DNA of 38,099 nucleotides from NCBI GenBank assembly GCA_023645945.1, contig JALAIB010000058.1, positions 1-38,099 on the forward strand, given 5' to 3'. This stretch comes from Diploschistes diacapsis (Eukaryota). This document shows, one piece after another, positions 11,721-24,642 of this stretch. Numbering within the stretch: position 1 is the stretch's first letter; each line of letters starts with the position of its first letter. A program made the position numbers and the translations under genes. The notes beneath the pieces were generated by a model. That model made no database searches. It was not told where the DNA came from and was given only the letters and a program-made list of their open reading frames with translations.

Positions 11721-11844
11721 TGTTCATCAATATCAGCTTATGCTCCATGAGGCCGTCCTCTGCTTGTGGACTGTCAAGAATTCTTTATTTCGGATTGTCT
11801 GCTCCTGGTCGGGTATTCAGTAACTGCGAGAGGAGATAATCTTT

Positions 11845-13170
11845 ATGGAAGAACGCTTGGAAAAATGCATGCAAGAATGAAGAGTTGCCGGGGGTCGTCC
11901 TACTGGCTTGCAACGGCCGGGGTATTCGATGACCTTCCCAAGCCTGATGCCATCGGCTAAAAGTATTGCAGGCACCTTCTCTTTATAGCAAGGCATTTGG
12001 CTTGCGCACTGTTCGTGACCTTAAAGAATACAATGCCCCTGGAACCAAGCACAATCATGGCGGCTCGCGAGCACCTCCAAGCTCATCACGAGCATCGCCG
12101 CGATGCAGTGCGTGGACCGTGGTTTGATAGGCCTCGATGACGACGGCGACGCAGATAGCGCCAGAGCTTAAAGACATCAAGTTGCTGACCGGCTTCGACG
12201 GGGACACGCCCATTTCTCAAGCGGCCGGAGCAGACGCTCACCCTACGACGTCTCCTCTCCCATAGTTCGGGCTTCTGCTACGATCCCATTTGCAGCTTTC
12301 TGATCAAGTGGCGACAGATCCACAAAAACCCCCTGCAGCCGGAGGGGCCTAAAAACTCATAGATCGCTTCCTCTACCCTCTTGTTTTCGAGCCTGGCGCA
12401 GAATGGATCTACTCGCCGTCCATCGACTGGGCAGGCCGCATCGTAGAGCACGTATCGAAAATACCCCTGGAAGACTATCTGCACCAACACATCTGCGCCC
12501 CCGCTCGGCCTCTCAAGCATGACCTTCTTCCTACAGAAACACCCCGAGCTGAGCGCCCGCCGCGCCGACACGACCGTGCGCAATGAGCAGACGGGCAAAG
12601 CTGGAGCACTCGGACGAGATGTACTGGACGCAAGACCCTGCAGAGGCTATGGGTGGCATGGCACTCTACGGGAGCCCGCAGAATTTTTTTTCGCGGTCAT
12701 GCGCAGCCTGCTTGCTAGTGATGGCCGCCTCCTGTCGTCTGCCGCGGTCGACGAGTTCTTTCGCCCCGCAGCCGACCGAGGCTGCCAAGGCGTCGCGGAG
12801 AGCAAGTTCCTCAGTAATGAGCGTTGGAACTTGCTCATGGGCGGCTTCTTACCCTACGGCTTGCGCAAGGATCATGGACTTGGGTGGTATCCTAGCTGCT
12901 GAGGACACGGAGGAGGGATGGAGGCGGAAAGGAACCATGTCGTGGACTGGAGGGCCGAATCTGTTCCGGGTGAGTCAGCGTTAAGAGGTCCTCGAAGTTG
13001 GTCGATTTTTCTTCCTAGAGCTGACGCATGCAATAAGTTCATCGACCGTGCCGCGGACGTCTGTGGTTTCTATGCCAGCCAGCTGAAGCCTTTCGGCGAT
13101 CCGCTGTCGCACGAGCTGGGTAAGTTTGTTTGAGAAGACGATGTACCAGCGCGCGAAGGAAGCTCCATAG
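11845..13170 (+). pseudogene. Beta-lactamase-family (LovD-like) serine hydrolase/transesterase pseudogene
   Basis: MEERLEKCMQE*RVAGVVLLA (TGA 11878-11880); SxxK motif LASTSKLITSIAAMQCVDRGLIGLDD (about 12070); LLSHSSG; LVFEPGAEWIYSPSIDWAGRIVE; MGGMALYGSP; RRKGTMSWTGGPNL; ends FEKTMYQRAKEAP*. Several frameshifts. Confidence 0.88.
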
Positions 13171-13393
13171 CGGGACCGATCATAGTCTACAATTTGCATT
13201 ATTTTACAGCTGGCTTGTGCAATGGGAGCCGAGAACTTGTCAGAGAATTAAGCGTTATCTACCTTGAAAACTGTTTGATTAAAGTGAAAGTAATCCAAGA
13301 TGAACGCGAATGTGAGGCATTACTTACGCTGAAAACCGTTTATACTATACTACTCCATCAGCCATCAGCCATCAGCCAAATGTGTCCACTCTT

Positions 13394-16300
13394 CTATCCA
13401 GCTGTAGCTGTGCCACGAGAATCCCCTTCCCTCCCAGGCACCCTATTCACCACCTTTTTCGCAGAGCGCCTCCAAATTTCTCGCGCTCGTGATCTCTAGC
13501 GTGGCAAGTTCCGCGCTCAGCTTCGTTCGAAGCCCAATTCCGTAGCTCGACGGCCCCGAGCGAGTCCAGCCCGTAGCTCGCAAGCGGCTTCCCAGGCTCC
13601 ATGGGCTCTGCAAATGCCATGGTCATAGTCAGATGCTTATTGACAACGTCAACGACCGGTCTAAGCCGGATCTTGCGATTTGCCGTCTTGCGTTTTCTTG
13701 GCCGACGTAATGAGTAGCGATAGCGCCTGCAGCTCGTGAGACAGCGAATCGCGGTCCAGCCTTGCGCCTTGCTTTAACAAGTGGCCTGCGCCGTCGTCGG
13801 CGCCAAAGCAGAGGCCGCGGAAGCGCGCGTCTGTTAGGAGCTCGGAAGTCTCTGGTAGGGGAATTGGAATACCGGTGATGAGCTGCGAGTTGGCTGAGGT
13901 CGACGGTTTTGTGTGCAATCGCGTGAGGATGGCCCGGGACAGTATCTCGTGCAGCCGCGCCTCGTTGATTCCTGCTGCCCATGTGTTGCGATCGAGTCGG
14001 GCGGCAAGCTCATCGTTTCCTGCAATATAGCCAACGTCTTCGATGACCCAAGGTCAATGCTGCAAGCTGGCAAGTTTCTGTGGCTACGGTACGCCGCGAA
14101 CGAATCGAGGAACGCGTTGGCCGCAGCATAATTTGCTTGGCCTTTTTGGCCAATGACTCCGGAGAGACTGGAGAGAAGGGTAAAAGATGACAGACTATGG
14201 GGTTGTTGAAGAGAACTTTGATGTAAATTCAAAGTTCCTTGAACTTTTGGAGAGATACATCCTTGAACTCTGCGATGCTCATTGATCCGACAATCTTATC
14301 CTGTTGTATGATCTGTCAATTCCTATAAGTATCTCGAAGTGCGTATGCTGACATACCTTGAGAACCATAGCTCCATTTATGATCCCATCCACGGGAGCAG
14401 TTGCTGAATCAAAGGCACGCCGGACGTCGTCGAGTTTGCTAACATCTCCCTGTATGAGTACTGTTTGGCCACCGAGCATCTCAAGGTTTTGCACAATTTG
14501 TTTAGATCTCAGGTCTCTGTCCCCGCTCCTGGACAGTATAGTGAAGTGTCTAACACCGAGACGGGCAAGGAACAGCACTAATGAGCCGCATAGACCTCGC
14601 AACCATCCAACGATCAGGAAGGAAATGTTAGCAGAGAATGAAAGTTTGTCCTGTAGTGGCTGAATCTAGATCGCGCATTAATATTATGTCACTTTACCCT
14701 AGGAACTACTCTACCAGTATCTTTGTGTCGTTACACTTATCATCTGAGATGACAATTTTACCCATATCAGTGCCACCACGCATGTATCGCATCGCGGTGG
14801 GTATTTCACTGAAGGGAAAGATCTTTACCGGCACAATCGTTCCCAATATGCCCTGCAGCTAACATTTCAAAAATCCGTCGTAGAAGCCTTCAACATGTTA
14901 GCTACCTAATCTAGCGGTTGACTATGCTGGGACTCACCCCTTAATGACGCTTTATGGAATACTTGGATGTGACATGTCCAACGCTCTGAAAGAAGCATTT
15001 CGGCCAAAGGGTTCCATTGGAAGACTGGCGCGGCCGATGATATCCTTCATGCCAATCTCTATCATGGTACCTCCATCTGCGATGCACCGCCATGATTCAG
15101 TCAGAAGATCGCCTGTAATCGAATTGAAGATAATATCACAGCCCCGGTTGCCTGTCAGCTTCATTAGATCTTTAGAGAAACCGGTTGTCCTCGAGGATAA
15201 TATGTGACTGTCGGGGATCTGAAAGTTGTCTTTTAGGAACGCCCTCTTCTCCTCTGTCCCTACCGTAGCAAATATCTAGATACTGTATCAGCAACATCCT
15301 TAAGCAAGTCGATGTTTTTTCACACCTCTACTCCTACGTGCTTGCAGAGATTTATCGGAGCGATACCCACTCCGCCAGCTGCGGAATGCACAAGAACTTT
15401 CTATGCTAAGTAAGCAAAGCTGCAGCACATGAAGCAGGATCCGTACGTGTCATTTGCGCATATGAGCCCAATCCAATAGCCCGTGAATCGAAATACCATA
15501 CACACAAGTTAACGTAGATGCATCCTGTAGCAGATCATCAGTGATGCGAAATAGCGTTGCATGTCGACCGACCTCGAATGACATGTCGTCAGGTAGAAGG
15601 TGGATACGTTCGACAGGTGCCTGCACCCGATTGCCGAAAGTACCTTTTCTGTATGTGACAACTCTCTGGCCGATGCAATATGGTTTGTATTTACCTAATC
15701 TGCGAATGACGCCTGCACCTTCAAGCCCAAGCAGGTGCTCATTCTCCGGAACAGTACCCATCACAACGGCGACATCCTAGGATATATTAGAGACAGTCTA
15801 GCCATTCCAGGCAGGTGTCGCAATTACCTTGAAATTTAAGCCAGCAGCATAGATCTCTACCTCCACGAATCCATCGGGCACTACGCCAGGGTCCGTACAT
15901 TCTGTGTAAATAAGTGAGTCAAGGTCTCCGAGTTGCCCACATTCGAGCCGAATGGGGTTAAGAGAACTGCGCAGACTATGTCTCTCGAATAGAAGACTTG
16001 GTCCCCCGCTTTCAGTGGAAGTATCATCCTTGATGATTCTGCCGATATGCAATATCCCAGAGCGTTCCACATATTCGTTCTCGTCGAGGTAATCGTATAT
16101 CTGAAGTACTTTGCCTATAGTGATCGCGTTGTAAGGACATTGCCTACTTTCTAAGTCTAGTACTTTGAATCTGAGGCTCGGATCCTCTGCTCTAGCTGTT
16201 CGCACCATACCGTAGATCAAGGCATTCTCTGGCTGATCTCCCCTCAGCATCGCACCACGGGTGACCCACAGAACCTTCTTCCCAGAGCTGAGCAGTGACT

Positions 16301-19300
16301 GGAAAGAGGCCCATTGGTCAGCTGAGAGATCTTGCAGAACAGGTGCCCATATTTCGTCAAGGACTAAGAGTATTGCATGATCATCTTCTCCCCAGCCGTT
16401 GGTGAAGTGGTCCAGAACTTTCCAGCCGAATTCGGCTCCAAAATTGGCTCTTGTGCTTCGCTGTTCAGCGGAATGTCCTACAAAGGAGACAATTTGTATG
16501 GGCGTCTGATTCGTTGGCTGAGACGCATGCAGAGGACTGTTGAATTCAAGGTTCATCAACGGGACTTTTATCGAAGAGGCATTCGTAAGAAAAGCTTCTC
16601 GAGCACCGCAGGGTCCATTCGTGCCTAGTTTTTGAGAAAGCGAATGAAGAAAGTTCTGAATGATTCTCAGAAAGAGGTTTGCGACAGAGGATCTTGGTGC
16701 CCACTGATTTGTGATGCTTGTTTGTGCATATCATAGTCCTGTCTCTGTTTCGCAGGCCCCTATTTTCGTGGGCTACCGTATTAGGCTTCGCTGCTGTCGT
16801 CAAGGACGCTGGGTTATCTTCTGGCTCGCTTGTCAGACTTTCAGCTGTGGGTATTACCACCCACTGACCTGTGATTTGATCGGCCACTATAAAAACAAAG
16901 CCATCCGGCCTTATGAGGCTTTGGCAATGCTCTATCCAGCTTTTGATAGAAGTACTTGCGTGCTCGAGGAATCTGTTAGCCCTATATGTAAGTGTCTCTT
17001 GTTACCTACTAGTTTTATTATAATCAAATGGAACCCAGCCTCGCCGATATCCAGCCCATTTTCTGATTTAGAAAGGTCCGCATGAAGAAATATACAGTCT
17101 CTCTGGTCTTTATAAAGCTCCTCAGCATTTAGGACGCCGTTGGCATCGTCGGAAACAAAAACAAAATGGCTTCGCTTATTCATTGATTCACTTTCACCGA
17201 TATGATCTGGCCAGACACTTTGCGCAATTGAAGGCGCGAATGTGATCTCTGCTACTCTCAGAGCAGCAAACTTATAATGGATAAGAGAGACTGCTTGGTC
17301 AAAGGTTATTGTATCTGGTCCAAGCTCCTTCGGGCTACTAGAGCCTTGAGAATGCTCGGTCCGACTCGATGAAACTCCAGCATACCCTTCTAGGCGACCC
17401 CGAAGGGACATCTCGCCATCATTCATTTGCAGGAGACGAAGGCAACTAATATCGGGCTTCCAAACTTCACGAGCGAATGATGCCCGTGGACTCAATCCGC
17501 GCACGCTCTCTAGTTGATGATAACGCAGGCCCGAAACCGTGAAGAAAGTTGCTTTGAATTCCATATCACACACTTCTATACTGGACTCGTAGCTTTTGGG
17601 ATTAAGTGGCGTCCCGACTCCAACGTATTGTCTTCGGGAATATGCAAGCCCAGTGTGACTGGACATGCTTCGTTCGCAAATTCTCATATGCCCAATCGAA
17701 GCAGGCACAAGAACGGCATCGATGGCGCTCCTTCTACCTAACCAAAGAGACGGTGCAGCAGCCTGAAAGCAGTTGTCCATACATGCTGGATGTAAGAGGT
17801 ATAACGACTGCTCAAAGCAGGATGATGGAGGAGAGAGATCCACAACTGCTTGACTCTTGGCAGAGCCTTCAGCGCACTCTATTCCAAGCTGCTTCTGAAA
17901 AGCCGGACCAAAACTGTAACGAACATCTGACATTGCCTTGTACCATAATTTAGCCGGCGCATAGCCATAGCGAGGATGTTCTGTAAAGCGTGCAACTTCT
18001 AAGCGAATGTTAGCGAAGAAATTGTGTCCTGCAACGGAAAAGGCCTCCTCACCTTTACGAAATTGCTTCTTGAAAGAAATCAACCCATTACAATGTTCAG
18101 TCCAGGTCTCATCTCTCAATGATGAAACGAAACAGTGCCATGATGAACTTTCAAAATACAGAGGCGTTAGTGAAAGCATAAGTCTCTGATTCGTATTGTT
18201 ATGCAAGACTAGTAGTAGCTGGAATTCGCCAACGAAGGAATTGACTTCGTTATATGATGGGAGATTCCCAACAGCATGCTCCAATTGGTGAATGGCTTCA
18301 ATTGGCATGCATACGTAGCCAGCAGCAGGAAAAACAATGTCATTCCCGATCTAGAAACCCGTAAGATAGATGCATACATATGCATCGCTCTGGCTAACCT
18401 TGTGATCCTGTAACCACGGCAGGTCGTTTACCTGCAAAGTCTTCTTGAAATTTGGGGACTCCCAAGCTGTTCCTAAGATTTTACTACCTAACAAATCATG
18501 GGCAACGATTTTTCGGAAGCGCCAATCCTTCCTCGATTCGCTTTCATACCAATATTTAGCCGAATGATTCCATGAATAACTAGGGAGATCAACAAAAATT
18601 CTGGCCGGCTCTCCCTGTAGGTCTTTGTTAACTTTCTTATAAGCTACCGGAGCTCCAGCTAGATAGAGTTGTCCGGCAACATTAAGTATGGTTTTGAGGC
18701 AATCTTGACTTCGTTTGGCGACGGTACAGTATTCGATCGCTGCGCACCCTCCGTTCACGGACTGTAAGATATGAGAGACAGGACCTGAAAGGGTACTGGG
18801 AAGCCCTAATTCAATAAACAAATTGAATTCATCGTTTAGCATTATCCTCAAGCTTTCTTCAAAGCTCACAGGACATACCATGTTAGCTTTCCAATATGCT
18901 AAGCCGCAAGCGGACTGTGAGTATGAGCCAGTAACAGACGAAGAGAAGTGGATCTTGGCTTCTGCTTTCTTGGATATGATACAGTCTTGCGCGAGCAACT
19001 GCTTATATCTTTCGCCAAGTGAAGCTACATATTTGGAGTGGTAAGCTAAATCGACCTCGAGAAGTCGAGCAAAATGTCCTGCAGACTCAATCTGCGATCT
19101 GAGGCGTTCAAGCCTTTCTGCCAGTCCAGATAGAGTCACGCTCTTATTGCTGTTATAACAAGAGACTACGACGTCTTCGTTGCTGGAGGCGAGTATGGGT
19201 GCAATATCCTGAACTCCTAAGCCAACGGCAAGCATTCCTCCTGTCTTGGCACCAGTTGGGCACGACATCGCAGCTTGGCCTCTAAGGTACGCTATTTTGA

Positions 19301-21625
19301 TCGCTTCTTCTGGGGTGAGATACCCTGCAGCGCTGGCTGCTACTATTTCCCCAGAGGAATGTCCTACCACGCCTTGACTGCTAATACCCCACGAACGCAA
19401 TATCTCAACTTGAACAAGCTGCAGAGCCGTGATCAGGGAGCTGAGAGAATTCAGGCTGACGAAGATGAGCACTGTCGCGAGCTTCAAGAAGTTCATCTAC
19501 GCTTCTGTTAGGGCAGCTTATGCCTGACGTCGTGGAAGCATACCAATTAAAGTCCATTGGGGGTGGGCTTGACAAGCCTTGTAATGCTTCATCCAAACGC
19601 GCAAGCAATTGCCTAGCTTCTGAAAAATGCATGATCAAGTCTTTCCCCATCTGAGACCACTGACCGCCCTGGCCGCTGAAGATGAAACCAATATGTAGGT
19701 CATGCGTTTTCCTCTTCCCATAGACTATATTAGATTTAGAGATTTCCATTCTATTCGTAACAGTATAAGCCCTGTAAAAGTGATGTGTCTTTCGTTCGGA
19801 TAAGGTGTATGCAAGATCCCGAAGAGCGACATCTGTGATAGGATTTACAGAGTAATTTCCTTAGCCGCTTAATGTTCTCCTGTAAAGCTGTTTGGTCATT
19901 CCCGGAGAGAAGCGGTAGATACGGTCAAGAAGGATGAGTGCTATTAGACTCTGCAAGTACATCAGCCTCGTCAGAACAGCGCGAAAATGCATGGTGGAGC
20001 GGGATGTCGGGGAGAAATGGGTCGGCTGCTTCCACAATTACAAGCGCATTAGACCCCCCATATCCGAAAGAGTTCACGCTTGCACGTCGTTTCCTTGATT
20101 TGGGCCATGGGATTGCTTCTTTGACCACTCGCAACCGTAACGCCTTGAAATTAACTTGGATCTTGTCAGACTCTCTGCCACAGGAAGAAACACAAGAAGG
20201 GGCTTACTCTTAGGATTGGGGGTGACAAAGGTTGGGTTCCCAGGGATTCTTGCTTTTTCGACTGCAAGAATAGCTTTCAGCAAGCCTGAAAGCCTGCACG
20301 CAGGCTCTGAATGTCCAATATTGCTCTTGATCTAATGGAGTTCATGAGTTTATTGATCCAGAGAACAAATAATATGGGCAAGCTTACGGATCCGATCGGC
20401 GAAGGGTCGGCTTCAGCCCTAGTAGGAGCGAAAACTGCCGCGACTCCTAATGCCCTAGCTTAAGCATTACTGGTAGCTCTCGCATTAAGGAACCGTTTTC
20501 TCTTACTCATTAGGATCTCCCGCTTGTGTGCCAGTGCCATGGCATTCTAGGAATCCAGTATCCCCAAAATTATTGATACCTGCATTAGCATACGCTTTCC
20601 GAACTGCAGCAGACTGCGCCTCCGAACTGGGATTTGCGATTCCCGATTCCCGGGGTCCATCCATTGCTGTTTGAGGCTGTCCCTAAGATAACAGCTCGAA
20701 TGCGATCACCGTTACTTATAGCACTGTCCAATCGTTTCAGAACTACAGCGTTCACTGCTTCGCTTTTGATTATCCGTCTGCCTTGGCATCAAACGCATGG
20801 CATTTGCCAGACTTCGAAGAGGCCCCCTGAATCGCCATTGCGTCGGTGTTGTGCTCTGGACTAAGTACATATTGCACCCAGCCACGATTGCTCCGTCAAT
20901 GTCTCCAAGGTGAAGATATTTACAAGCCACATCGATGCCAACCAGACTTCCAGAGGATATGGTGTCTATAGGAATGCTGTCATCTTCAGTGAGCCCCGGT
21001 CATGTGATCCCTGGACCTAAATATTCCAGGTTCAAGAAGAGCATTTTTGAACTCACCTATGGCCTTTGATATTCAGAAAATGGCTTATGCGATTGCTTAG
21101 CATGGAACGTCCTACACCAATTGTGACCAACGGAGCCCTATCCTCAGGATCTGTAGCTTGCATGTCTCCATAACCTAGACGTTTAAACATAATCAGATTC
21201 AGTATTGTGATATAGCTGCATTGAGACATACCACCTGCGTAGGAACCGACAAAGCATCCCATTTGCTTCCCAACCAGACTATCCAAAGGCAATCCTGCAC
21301 TCTCTAGGCTCTCGTAGATGACTTCAAGGAGTTGGCGCTGCTGCGGATCCATTGCTGTCGCCTCTGGCCTCGAAATCCCGAAGAATTGAGCATTGAAATC
21401 TCAAGGATCATAATCGATGAACATCCCCCCCTGGCGAGCGCATTGTTCGCGGCTTGGAAGATCCATCATAATGACCTCTGAGGTTAAACCGGCTCTTGGG
21501 AGGCACAGTGCTTGCAATCTCAAGTTGTCGAGAAAACTCCAGAATTGTTCCAATGAATTGCATCCACCAGGCAGTCGGCAGGCGAGGCCAACCACTGCGA
21601 TAGGAGTCTGCTTTGATGGAGCCAT
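13394..21625 (-). pseudogene. Highly reducing iterative type I PKS (KS-AT-DH-degenerate MT region-ER-KR-ACP) with many frameshifts
   Basis: [138 protein letters not shown] degenerate ACP lies at about 13450-13610. The 3' end is uncertain (13443 or 13394). Confidence 0.93.
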
Positions 21626-22073
21626 TTAGCAGAAAATAGCATTCGTAAATATTGAGGCCGCGGCTACATCGAGTTCTGAAAACTTGTTAACCTTAAGACA
21701 AGAGTCTTTCATTCTGATTCTTCAGCGCTTCTACTGAATTCGGTCGAGATATCTCTGTCAGGTTAATGCAAGGCGCAAACCGGCCTCCACAAAGTGGTGC
21801 AGGCTAGTTGAATACAAACAACCCATACCCTGACAAAGGCACCTCTGCACATAGTGGTATCTATCCGCAACTAGATCGTCTCCGCTATGACAGTAATAGC
21901 ATCTCACCGCGGAATTACTTACCGCAGTAAGGTCACACTTCTCAGAACTCGCCATATGTAATGCAAGCCACGGTGAGCAGGTAGATAGGGCCTGCTCCGT
22001 GCCCCATGCACGTCCATATTGAGGAAAAGGCCGTCGAAGCCCCGATAGAACGGTCTCGGAATTCACTAATGAC

Positions 22074-23729
22074 TTAAGCCCCTGCCTTCCTTGCCACCTT
22101 TCCCAGGCGCTCCGCTACTGATTCCAGAAAGTGCCCTGTACCCCAACGCAACACATTATCCACCGCTACAATAAATTCCACTACGCTCTTCATCAACATT
22201 CCATTACAAATCTCCAAAAGCGTCTGATTGAACTTGCGCACACCATCTTCAATGTGGGTGTAGTGGGCCCAGAGCTCGTGGTAAGGGCCTTCGGTACAGA
22301 CGGAGAAGAAGAGTGGGGGCGAAGTGTCTACGGGCGCGGGCGAGACATCGGAACCCGTTGCGCGCTTGACCAGCTCATTCAGGCAAAGCTGTATCTTTAG
22401 CCCAGAAGCCCCGGAAACTGCAGCCTGGTTCTCCGCTTCGAAGACTTGTTTGCCGGTCGAGTAGGCCTTGCCCTCGACAACAGCAAATGGGAAGACGAGA
22501 TCTGACGCGCGTTGCGTGGGTACCGCGATCAGCAGTGGTTCCTGGGGCCCGCGACTCTCACGAGGCATTATAGTGTTCTGGAGCTGTTCGAGGAATCGCT
22601 TGGCCCTGGTGTTGTCCAGAATTTGCGACGAGAGAGCGGATATGAGAGTCGTGTCTTGTGTACCCATTGATATATCGGGACGGGGTGTTTTGATTGGGGA
22701 GGGCTCTTTGGCGTTATCCAGGAGGGGGCCGGGAGCAGGAGGAGGCATGGTGTCTGATTCCAGTGGCCTTTTTTCTGGCGTATAATCTGATGCGTCGGTC
22801 CTTGAAGGTTGCGGGGAGATGGGTGTCTGGGCGGCATACTGCTGCTGGCGTTTCCGTGGTGGAGCCGAGGCGTCGTCGACCCCTTGTTGCTCGTCACCGG
22901 CCATGGCGTTGAAATCTGCCAGGAAACTCAAATTCAAATCCGACCGCTGGATCGTTGGCTTGAGCTCCTCTCGCCAATCGGCTTTTGCACGGAGACAGAG
23001 GCTTCTGTGGTCCATAGCCCGGAGCGCAATTAGGAATAGTTCAATGAAATCATCTTCGCCAACCGCAGCTTTGACCGCTTTCTTGCAACCATCGTAGAGT
23101 TCTTGGGTTATGACGCGGAGTTCAGCGCGGCGCTTTTTGGAAACTTTAGCTTTGATAATGGCGTTGATAGCGGCTTGGATGTTGACAGGCGGATCGGTGT
23201 GGATGTAAACCTCGGCGGCTGCAAGATGCTTGTAGCGGTAGTAGGCAGTGGAGTTAGAAGAACGTTGGGATCGGACTGTATCCGCTTCTGATGACGCGGC
23301 CATGGAACGCCGCGATGAGGACCGTTTCAGAGCCAGAACATTGTTGGCTGCGGAGTCCATCTCTTCCCCGTTGAATATTTGCAAGTTCTTCTCAGAGAGC
23401 TCGAGCTTGGGTGGGTGCCTTCGGGGCTGTTTTGCGGGGCGCTCGCCTTTTGTCTCGTCGGCTTCAGCTTTAGAGTCTTCTTGTGGGCGCCTCCGTTTGG
23501 TGCGGGCCCGCTGAGAAACGAGTGTAGGACGTGTGGGTGATGCTTGGACAGGCGAGAGCTGGGGAAGGTGGGAAACGAGCGGCTCGCTAGAATCTTTTGC
23601 TCGCACTCGCGCGCTCCTTCGAGGGCCAGCGGCCTGTCTGCGCCTTATGATGGGGGTCGCGTGCTGAGAGCCTGGTGCGAGTTGCCGCCTGTTCTTCTTG
23701 ACGGGAGCAGAATTGGCTCGCGGAGCCAT
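22074..23729 (-). CDS. 551-aa protein with a basic disordered N-terminus and a PD-(D/E)xK nuclease-like C-terminal domain (resembles the DUF7924 family)
   Basis: Intact intronless ORF. KTPRPDISMG ... FPFAVVEGKAYSTG..FEAENQAAVSGA ... FFSVCTEGPYHELWAHY. NLS-like KRRRP and RKRQQ. Family name is from recollection. Confidence 0.75.
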   Translation of the reverse strand: MAPRANSAPVKKNRRQLAPGSQHATPIIRRRQAAGPRRSARVRAKDSSEPLVSHLPQLSPVQASPTRPTLVSQRARTKRRRPQEDSKAEADETKGERPAKQPRRHPPKLELSEKNLQIFNGEEMDSAANNVLALKRSSSRRSMAASSEADTVRSQRSSNSTAYYRYKHLAAAEVYIHTDPPVNIQAAINAIIKAKVSKKRRAELRVITQELYDGCKKAVKAAVGEDDFIELFLIALRAMDHRSLCLRAKADWREELKPTIQRSDLNLSFLADFNAMAGDEQQGVDDASAPPRKRQQQYAAQTPISPQPSRTDASDYTPEKRPLESDTMPPPAPGPLLDNAKEPSPIKTPRPDISMGTQDTTLISALSSQILDNTRAKRFLEQLQNTIMPRESRGPQEPLLIAVPTQRASDLVFPFAVVEGKAYSTGKQVFEAENQAAVSGASGLKIQLCLNELVKRATGSDVSPAPVDTSPPLFFSVCTEGPYHELWAHYTHIEDGVRKFNQTLLEICNGMLMKSVVEFIVAVDNVLRWGTGHFLESVAERLGKVARKAGA

Positions 23730-24315
23730 AGGACGTAGAAAGAGAGGCGTAACGCGTAGTGCAGTGTTGGATATATGATGACGGGATGATCGCAGGATGG
23801 TTGCGGGAGTGTCGGCGCGAAGCCGGATGGGTGGTTTGGTGTTGGCAGGCAGGTTTTGAACGTCAAAGCTTGGCGCTGGCGAGGGACAGTCGGAAACGGA
23901 TTAGGCGAGCAGCGGGCGCTACCCGTCGCGCCCGGGACGAGCAATGCCGCGAACCTTGAAGTCTGCGACTTCTCTTCTGATTGGCAGTGGGAACAAGCTT
24001 CGCTCTAGGAGACATCTCAGCTGAGGCTTTCACGCAACAACGGTGTTGCCGGGCAGAGCAGTCTCATGCCTTGGCGCTTCTAGAGTATTCTACGCTGTAC
24101 ATTTTGAGCGCAGTGGGCCCGATTCTAACCCCCGAGCAGGTTTTGCTGTGTAGATTGGCTTCGAACACCAGGCACGAAATTTGCCAACAGTTAGAAATGT
24201 ATCCTTTCTCCTGGATTCGGTTTTGCGGGGGAACAACCACCTTCCTCTTTTATGGAATCATTTGCCAAGCTTGTGGCTGTTCAAGACTGTGGCTGACGCT
24301 AGGCCGAACTGCACC

Positions 24316-24574
24316 ATGCGTGGCCTTGACTGGCAGCGAGCGAACACCAGATCGCATCTATGATAAGATCGCACACTGGTTTGAGGTGCTTGGAGAGGAA
24401 CTAGATAATCCGGTTATTGTACCGAAGAAGATCAACATTATGAACGAAACGGGAGTCATGTTAAGCATGCTCGGCTCCCTCAAAGTCCTGGTAAGTGAAG
24501 ATGACACGCGAACTTACAGAGGCGCAGGTATTAAGCGGGAAATGGTGACTGCGATTGAGTGCAGTAGCGGGTGA
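24316..24574 (+). mobile_element. pogo/Fot1-type DDE transposase internal fragment
   Basis: RGLDWQR then, frameshifted, IYDKIAHWFEVLGEEL...NIMNETGVMLSMLGSLKVLV..D.RTYRGAGIKREMVTAIEC. This matches the Fot1/pogo YNMDETG region with the first catalytic D changed to N. No TIRs seen. Confidence 0.85.
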
Positions 24575-24642
24575 TTTCAAGGCTCAGTTCTGGAATGTCT
24601 GCGGTAGCCCATGAAAACTCACGTCTCAAAAACGATGTAATG

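Noticed and set aside
7176..21625. Frameshifts as pure sequencing error or programmed frameshifting
   Set aside because: They come with nonsense codons and catalytic substitutions, while neighbouring long ORFs are clean. Some homopolymer indels could still be errors.
23981..24574. 197-aa ORF as a real gene
   Set aside because: Non-ATG start; only the last ~75 codons are meaningful and they are a transposase fragment.
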